From NCBI RefSeq assembly GCF_009914755.1, contig NC_060925.1: DNA of 64,000 bases. The stretch is one strand, 5' to 3'. This DNA comes from the human T2T-CHM13v2.0 reference genome, Homo sapiens. Positions 55,116 to 64,000 of the stretch are shown here, piece by piece. Made by a program: the position numbers and the translations under genes. The first letter of the stretch is position 1. Every line of letters starts with the position of its first letter. The notes below the pieces were generated by a model. The model worked only from the letters and a program-made list of their open reading frames with translations, had not been told where the DNA came from and searched no databases.

Positions 55116-55744
55116 TGTGCTTGCTGAGAACTCTCAATGTTACTTATTCTATCAGTGGCTTAAGCTGGAAAAACAGTGCATGATTTGTTTTTTTCCTGTG
55201 TGGTTCTTAGCTATAGAGCTAGTCTACTGGTTAGAGGCTATGGTTGCTGTGTGCAGTGCTTTAGTGTTGTACTGTCTCGCTAGAGTACACATTCATGTTC
55301 TGTGTATGGGAGTGGCATGAGGGGAAAGGCAGAGGGGGCAGAGACACACACACAGGGAGGAAAAAGATGTGATGGATAACTTGAGAATTTGCTTTATTCC
55401 TTCTATTATTACCACTTGCTGTATCTTCTCTCTGTGATTCAGGTGACTCTGAATCAGGTGAGTTCTGTGATTCAGGTGACTCTCAGGTGTTGGGGGATCT
55501 CTCTATGCCAACTTCTGTGCCAAGTAGAGAGATAAAGAGAATGCATGGAAAGACTATGATTGCCTTAGTGAAGTACTTTCATATGAATGTTAGGGTGTAT
55601 GAGAGTGACTGATTTTATTGTTGTACTTACTAGTCCCTGTTGTTTCCACAAAGAAAGATGCCAGCATTGACATTAACATCAGGGAGGCCATAATTCGTTC
55701 ACTCCTACTGCTTTCTTTCCTTCCTTGATTTCTTCCAATGCTTC

Positions 55745-56600
55745 AGCATTCACTCAACATTAACTGTTTGCCTACTCTCTGCCAAGCTCCACTCCTGGCA
55801 GTGGGATACAGAAATAAAGACAGAGAGACAAAAATCCATGTCTGTGTTCCCATAGAAGAAAAACAATTTTAATATGTACCATGGGGGAAACGAAAAAAAA
55901 AAAAAAAGAGAGAGTGGAAATAAGGAGCACATCATGAGAGGAGAGGGAGGAGTCAGGGAAAGCCCAATTGGAAGGTGATAGCTGAAGGCCATGACAGAAG
56001 GAACCTTGTAAATATCTGAGGAAAGAGCATGTGAGGGAAAACAACCAGGCAACTGCAAGGATCCTGGGGTGACTGAAGGATCAGCACGATGTGAGAGTGC
56101 CTGGAGAGAGCACTCAGGGGGGAGAGAATTGGAGACGTGATTTGGATAAACAATGGGGTCTGCGGGGGAGGGAGATCATGTAGGGCTTTGCTGACTTTTT
56201 AAGAAGTTTGGCTTTTACTCTAAGAAAGAGGAAATACTAACAGAGGGTTTAGGTAGAGGAACGATTGGTCTGATTTGTCTTCCAAGGGATGCTCTGCTGA
56301 GTGCAGAATATCAAGAAGAAGGGAGGTAGGCAAGAAGAGCAGTGAGGAGACTATCACAGCAACAGATGTGAGATGCTGGCGGCCAGGACCAGAGTGGGAG
56401 CAGTGGAGACGTGTGAGATATCAGATTCCTAATATGTTTCGAGGGAGGAGGCAACAGGTTTTGGTGATGTAGACTGTGAGAAAAAGATAGGACTCTAGGA
56501 TTATTGGCCTAAGTTAATGAAAGGTTGTCATTGCATTTACTGAGATAGGGAAAACTGCAGAAAGAGCAGGTTTGGGAGCGGAAGATCAGCAATTCCAGGT
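55745..56600 (-). mobile_element. L2 3' portion
   Basis: CATTCACTCAACA..GCCTACTCTCTGCCA reverse L2 tail; GATCATGTAGGGCTTTG..TTTGGCTTTTACTCT body. Confidence 0.8.
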
Positions 56601-56742
56601 CAGACTTTGTTTGCTTGAGAGAGAATGGAAAGACAGTGATTTGGAGACTACAGGTGTAGACTTTTTGCTGAGACAAAGTGCATGAACCTGGTGGTATACC
56701 TATAGCTGGTAGGGGAAATTGGGGTCAAGAAAGGGTGTTCTT

Positions 56743-57605
56743 TTTTTTAAGTTTTTTTTTTTTTTTGTCTTTTATTATACTTTAAGTTCTGGGGTACATG
56801 TGCAGAACGTGCAGGTTTGTTACATAGGTATACACGTGCCATGGTGTTTTGCTGCATGCATCAACCCGTCACCTACATTAGGTATTTCTCCTAATGCTAT
56901 CCCTCCCCTAGCCCCCCAACCCCAAACAGGCCCCAGTGTGTGATGTTCCCCTCTCTGTGTCCATGTGTTCTCATTGTTCAGCTCCCACTTATAAGTGAGA
57001 ACATGTGGTGCTTGGTTTTCTGTTCCTGTGGTAGTTTGCTGAGAATGATGGTTTCCAGCTTCATCCATGTCCCTGCAAAGGACATGAACTCATCCTTTTT
57101 TATGGCTGCATAGTATTCCATGGTGTATATGTGCCACATTTTTTTTTTATCTAGTCTATCATTGATGGGCATTTGGGTTGGTTCCAAGTCTTTGCTATTG
57201 TGAACAGTGCTGCAATAAACATACCTGTGCATGTGTGTTTATAGTAGAATGATTTATAATCTTTTGGGTATATACCCAGTAATGGGATTGCTGGGTCAAA
57301 TGGTATTTCTGGTTCTGGGTCCTTGAGAAATTGCCACACTGTCCTCCACAATGGTTGAACTAATTTACACTCTCACCAACAGTGTAAAAGCATTCCTTTT
57401 CTCCACATCCTCTCCAGCATCTGTTGTTTCCTGACTTTTTAATGCTCGCCATTCTAACTGGTGTGAGATAGTGTCTCACTGTGGTTTTGATTTGCATTTC
57501 TCCAATGACCAGTAATGATGAGCTTTTTTCCCTATGTCTGTTGGCTGCATACATGTCTTCTTTTGAGAAGTGTCTGTTCATATCCTTTGCCCACTTTTTG
57601 ATGGG
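56743..57605 (-). mobile_element. L1PA7-like 3' fragment
   Basis: 3'UTR plus ORF2 C-terminus; TSD AAAGGGT(G/A)TTCTT (56730-56742 / 57606-57618). Confidence 0.93.
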
Positions 57606-57699
57606 AAAGGGTATTCTTAAGTAGAAAGTATAGCCTGTTTGTTATCCATGCAAATGACCTCTAAGGAATGGAAGAATCCAGCGTATAAGAGGGATCAAA

Positions 57700-57790
57700 C
57701 CAAATATGGTGGCTCACACCTATAATCTCAGCACTTAGGGAGGCTAAGGCCAAAGGATTGCTTGAGAAGTTTGAGACTAGCCTGGGCAAT
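57700..57790 (+). mobile_element. FLAM/AluJ left-monomer fragment
   Basis: GGTGGCTCACACCTATAATCTCAGCACTTAGGGAGGC..AGCCTGGGCAA. Confidence 0.82.
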
Positions 57791-59045
57791 CCCTATCATT
57801 TCTGCAAGGGAAGTATAGTATGAATGCTGGGCAGCAGTGAAGGGCCCACCTGAGGTTAGTGGCCATGATTTTAAGGGTGGTTTGCATTTCTCTCTGCAAT
57901 GTTCAGCTGTTCAGGACACAGGCATTAGAATAGGTGAAGAGGTGGTTTTAACAAGGGTTGAGGTCTTGTCATTTGCATATGATATTTTATTATAGAGGAA
58001 TTAAAGGGTGTATATGACCCTGGAAGGCATGAATAATGGTGCGTGGTTAAGAATGTGTGTTAGGATGTAAGGGAAGAGTGTGAGGGACAATATAATTTGA
58101 GGAGAAGCTTCATGTGTCCTGGTGAAACTGATGAGAACACTTTGACCCTACCTTGGGGGTTAAGTAGAGGATAACAATGCACTTGAGATGAGTCAATCAT
58201 CTGAAATAATCATGTGAACACTTAGTTGCACCAAAGCAAAAGGAAAATGCACAATTCATATTGTTAGTGGAAGATGCAGTTATCTATTGGGGTGTGTGTC
58301 AGTGTTTTCCATCCTTTTCCAAATGACACCCCATTTGCCACCATGACCCTCATGGTGCAGACTACACAGGCTGCTCAATTTTCCACAATCATGTAAGTTT
58401 GTAAAATATCCTCAAGATTATATACTGCTTGAATCTACTATGTTGCATGTAGAGTATTTCTAGATGGGTAAGAATCAGATCAAGTGGCAAGGACGAAGAG
58501 AGATGTATTCTATATTGAGCATATTTTCTATTTTTCGAGGCTCTGCCTGGAAAGGGGACAGAATGCTCAGTGTTGCCTCATTTTCTCATCAAACTTGACA
58601 CTAGTTCACTGGGGAAATTGCATTTCCAAGTTGTTTTAAATCAGGAAGTTGTTTTAAAATCAGGCTGTGTGTTTGTGTTTGCACTGTTGCCACTTAATCC
58701 TTGATCCTGTTAAATGTTTCTTCCATACAGAGGAACATAAACAATAGCGGCTTTCTTGATTTCCTAACATTCATGTAAAGATAAGTTGGAAATATTATAT
58801 TTAATAAACGTAAAATACTGTAATTAAATGTAAACAGAAAATTCAATTACCATTTTGGTGGATTGTTGGATAATAACATTGAATATTTGTCACAGTAGCC
58901 ATTTGGAAGAGAATACAGATTGAGTTATTGATGGGATCCAAGTTGACATTAATTATTTCATTAGAAAAATATATTTCTTCTAATTCTTAGAATTTTTTAT
59001 TTTAAAATCTGGTATGATCAATCCGTTTAAGACCAGCAGGTCTAA

Positions 59046-59505
<460 letters not shown>

Positions 59506-62500
59506 CGTACCTACATCTTCTAACATTGCCTTATTTACCAGAGTGAAGGCTTTTGAAATATTTAGATGTCTGGTAAACAATAAACTTAAAAATATTGAGT
59601 TCGTTAAAAATGGAACTCAAATGTTTATTTAAATTCTAAGAGGCTTTACTGTTTTTTGAAATATTTGAAATGTTTAGAATAGTTACCAACATGCATACTT
59701 TACACTTTTGAGATGAATTATTTCTAATTCAAATGTACTTATCAGTGGTCCAATGAACCCCGATTCCTATTACACTGTGCATATATTAATGCTTCTTGCT
59801 AAGTGCCCACTTTTAAAAGTTTATTTCATAACTATATAAACAGGCATTTGGGGCTCCTGGCCTCACTGCTGCAGAGTGTCTGGAATGAGCATTTGTAGGG
59901 TCAGTTGTCATTATCTTGGTCACGATCTTTGGAGTGCTGTATTCCCATCACCTGCTGCACATAGCACAAGGTCTGGGTGTCACAAAGACATGACGTGACT
60001 CTTCTAGCATCTGTGATACTCTTGAGTAGTAATTTCAGAATACTTAGTGAAAGGCTCGAAGTGTTGAAATACGATGAAGTCTGGGGAGTTAACTTTTAGC
60101 CTCGACTTTAACTCATTTATTCTGTGCCAAAGAGGAATTTGGGGGAGAGGTTGAGTTTTCCTTTGTGGTAGCCTGGCAGGTGAGGACAAATCCACTTACT
60201 CTCCTCTTTCCTCAGCTAGAAGAGACGAGGAATGGAAGGAGATTTGATATTCCTTAGGAATTTTATTAATAGGAAATTGCTTCTTCTTTAACAATGAGGA
60301 TCATAACTTCAGCTGAGATTAACTTTTAAGGGCTTTATTAAACTGTTTTAGCCACTAGCAACGATTTCCCTTACACAGATACATTTAGATTGACTTTGCA
60401 CATCTTGAAAATAAGAAACAAATGAAAATACCAGAGTATCTTTATATGTATAAGTTGTGAAATTTGAAGTCTGCATTACTTCTTATTGGTTCAGTTTTCA
60501 TGGGATTATTTATGTATAGGAGCAGCCAAGGAAAAGACCATAGCAGATTTTTGTAATGATGGAATGAGATTCCTGGCCTGTCAAGCCAGTAGGTGTGGGA
60601 CTATGGAGAAAGTTCCTAAATTTTAGTCCAGTTATTTGAATGGAATCTTGAAGAGACATTTACTATTCATAGAGCAACCTGAGCTCGAACTGTAATTTTG
60701 TTCTAGTTGGGCAGTGGGGGAAGAGAAGAGACTTGAAACTAGTGTTATATGATGGACACGTCAGTGCTGAAAATTCACGGTGCCTGAGGTAGGTTAAACC
60801 TTCCTCCAACCAATGGTTTCCATGCAAGCTTTTTAACACAGTGATGCCTATCCTATATTTTTACTATTTGCACATATTACGAGCGATTGAAGGATGTTAG
60901 GAAGCTCTGACAATAAAAATGGTTTTCTTTAATGAAAAAAAAATTCTGATACCGTGAGAAGAGGACAGATACATCTTGCTCAATTAAATCAAAATGTGTG
61001 GGACACCTCATTTCTGCAGTTGCAGAAATGCTGAAAGTCACTGGATACTTAAAGCAATGAAGGAGGAAGAGGTTGGGGTTGGGAAAAGCAAAACTGATAA
61101 TCTCCTTTGTGAAGACATCACTGTAAGAAGCAGGTGGTACTTACTGAACTCTGGAGAGAATGGAAAGTGTGAGGACAGCACAGTAAATAGAAGGAAAATT
61201 CCCTTAGCAGTCCACTTTCCAGGCACCAGTCACCTCTGGAACTTTAATTAGAACTCAAAAATGTGAGTGGAGGAATTAGAACAGAGGCCTTTCTATCTTA
61301 TATTTGAAAAGTATTTATTTTACTTAGAAGCAACTTTTTATTAATTAAAAGCACATCAGATAAATCCTAATATTTGAAACACCTCCCCATATTTAACTAA
61401 TTCCTCATTCTTCTAGACAAGGAAACATTAAAGTAATTTTTACACATCAACATATACTTCAGAAGAGAAAAAAGAAACCTTCATTAACTGAACAAATAAC
61501 AAAATATGACTCAACATACACAAAAACCAGTGTATCATATTTTTGCATATATTAACTACATGTTGATGTAAATAGGAACAAAATTATTCCAAAGGGAGGG
61601 TGATAAATATGTGGGTTTTAGATTTTTCATGTTTTTAAACATATTGGAAATGTAATGAAATACAAGTTGATTAAGGTGATCTCTGTAGTACAGTGGAAGG
61701 TATTACCCTAACATGTCTAATTTTGGTATGTGAGCTCTGATCTTCTCAGTCATATGTTACAAATTCACAACTGAGTTTTCTTTTTTTTATGAATTTTTAA
61801 TTTTTAGTGACCAAACTTCTTAGTTCTTCCCCCTACCTCAGCATGTCTGCCAATATATAAATGTTTACATATACTAAAGAAGTTGAATATTTAAATGAAG
61901 TTTTAGGTGAACTATTTTAAAAAGGAAAATTTTTTCCCTTAAAATTGTGATTATAATCATTGTGTTTATAATTCAAGCTTTTCTGTTTTAGGTTTCTTTC
62001 AGTGAGACATGTTTGTGTAGCACTACACTGAAAAAAGATGATTCTTATTGGTATGAAAGTTATTTTGGCATAAGACATTTTAGATTTCTGATAGATTCTG
62101 GACTTATGGAGCAATATATATGCTTACATTCAAAATAAAGTTTATCACTGTGCGCCTTTTAGAGCATGTGTTAGAAAACAGTGGCAAAATGTGATCCCAG
62201 AGTTAGGGTTCTATTTCCAGGGGAACTCACTAAGCCCTCTTTTACAAGAGCATAAATGTTTACCTAAGCAAGAAGGTGAAATCTGTTATGCCCAATAAAG
62301 GACATTTTGCAGTGCTGGTTTACGGAAAACATTCAACAGACAGTGGATGTTTTACATAAAGTACAGTGCGTTGTTTGAAACTCTTTGCTCATCTATACAC
62401 TATGCTTAAAATAAACACTATCTGGGAATATACCCGTCTTTTTTCTACCTCCCTTATTCCACACCCTAGATTTTGTCACCTGCCAAAGTCAAATAAATCT

Positions 62501-63097
62501 TATCTAAACAGTTGAGATAAGCGCCGAGTCGTACCCAGTGTGGTCAAATCAACAAACCTCTCCAAAAACAGAAATGAAATACAATATCGCTAGATTAAAC
62601 AGTCTACAATGGTAATCATGTTTGCATTTAAAGATTTTATTCCAAAAGGATCACAGTCTTGGTATCCATTTTTTTCCCTCCTGCCTAGACAAGACGGCGA
62701 CATACTGACTCAAACAAAATGCATTTGTTCTCTAACAATTTAACTTGTACAGCTCTTATAAACAAGGCCCATAGGTGTATGAAGCCTACCGACTTAATCA
62801 GTAACTTATGTCGTTAACCTTGTATAAGCAAGTATGCTTGAGATGTACCAGTGTTGGATTGTGTATGGGATTTAGTTTTTTCTTGCAGGAAAGCCTTTCT
62901 TTATGTAGCCTGAGTGCAAAGTCTATGGCATTCTGGGATTTTATTGTCTGTATCTTACAGTAAAGCTCCATCATGCTAAACTGTTCAAAAAGAGAAGATA
63001 GTACAAATTAAAGTGATTTCTAAATTATAGGATATTATAAAAAATGCAGTTTTCTTCCTTCCTAAGACATATGGTATTTTAACTGTTTGATAACAAG

Positions 63098-63214
63098 GTG
63101 TAAACTCTACTAGGGCAGGAACCGTGTCTGTCTGGTTTATGCTGTATCCTCAGGGCGGACAAGAGTACCTAGCTCAGAATTAGAATTCTGAATATTTGTT
63201 CAATGAATCAATGA
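63098..63214 (+). mobile_element. L2 3' end
   Basis: TGTAAACTC..AGGGCAGGAACCGTGTCTG..AATATTTGTTCAATGAATCAATGA. Confidence 0.8.
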
Positions 63215-63799
63215 TGTTTTCCAGAAGATATTCTGTCTTCTCTGTGGATGAATAAAAATATTTTGTAATTATTACATTAATTTCTGATATTTAAAAGCAT
63301 GTCTCTCGAGAGTACATTTTTGTCTTACAGTTTTTAATAAATGGTCTCCTTTCAATGTCGTACCATTTAATTAGCAAAATTTAAAATACGCAATAAAGGA
63401 AGGACAAATGACACAATATCACTCATTTTTTGGTAATATCTCTAAGGTACTGTATTTGTGCATTTCTTACTGTAGAGCAATTTATACACTGACTGCTGGT
63501 TTGAAAATAACCCATTTTTCCATTATTCTTTAAGCAGATCTTCATTTACTTTGGTTCATGAAATTGGGAATTAGCCCAGTTGTATATAGATGCGTGATTT
63601 GAATATACTGTCCTTTTATTTTTAAGGTCCAAACAATAATACGAAACTTATAGTCTTATTTTCTAATTTATATTTTGCTTTATGAGAGCAAATATATCTA
63701 CAAAGGTATATGTGCTATTTAGACATTGACCGAAAACTGAAGAACCTTTCATTTTAGAGTGCCTGCTATAACAAGGACTGTTTTCCACACAATAGAGGA

Positions 63800-63990
63800 G
63801 TTACCTCTAATCTTTATAATATCCATTTAAGGGGATAATAACATTACCACTGATATGTCTATTTCCCATGTGAATAAACCAAAGCTCATAGAGCTTACCA
63901 AGTCTCTCCAAGAGATGCACAGCTGGTTAGTCACAGAGCCCTGTTTTTAGTTCAGGTCTATCTAAATCCAAAACACAAGGTCTAAGTCTC
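63800..63990 (-). mobile_element. MIR relic
   Basis: CCAAAGCTCATAGAG..CACAGCTGGTTAGTCACAGAGCC..CAGGTCTATCTAAATCCAAA. Confidence 0.6.
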
Positions 63991-64000
63991 ATGTAATTCT

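Noticed and set aside
61009-61030. 10-bp inverted repeat CATTTCTGCA-GT-TGCAGAAATG (also a 9-bp one at 2152-2173)
   Set aside because: Expected by chance in 64 kb.

Overview
Primate (almost certainly human) genomic DNA, AT-rich and repeat-dense. It contains one clear coding exon: an 88-nt + strand exon (39590-39677) encoding [29 protein letters not shown], which I recognise as part of the FH2 domain of formin-2 (FMN2). The rest is the two long flanking introns, filled with about 17 Alu/FAM/FLAM elements, several L1s (a near full-length L1MA, two 5'-inverted copies, a nested L1 with a probable 3' transduction, a 46-bp micro-insertion), ERV/MaLR LTRs, MER5/Tigger DNA transposons and L2/MIR relics. 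Nearly all ORFs in the track are repeat-derived or chance. Most notable observations: (1) an L2-embedded ATG|GTAAGT donor that would splice in frame to the FMN2 exon and give an FH1-less short isoform; (2) an in-frame 15-nt microexon or recursive-splice candidate; (3) a truncated, internally duplicated U4 snRNA retrocopy hidden in an L1; (4) a ~176-bp local inverted duplication inside an L1; (5) a perfect 20-bp hairpin; (6) a diverged ~243-bp non-repeat direct duplication. Repeat subfamily names are from memory of consensus sequences and need RepeatMasker/Dfam confirmation. I see no strong evidence for a wholly new biological system.
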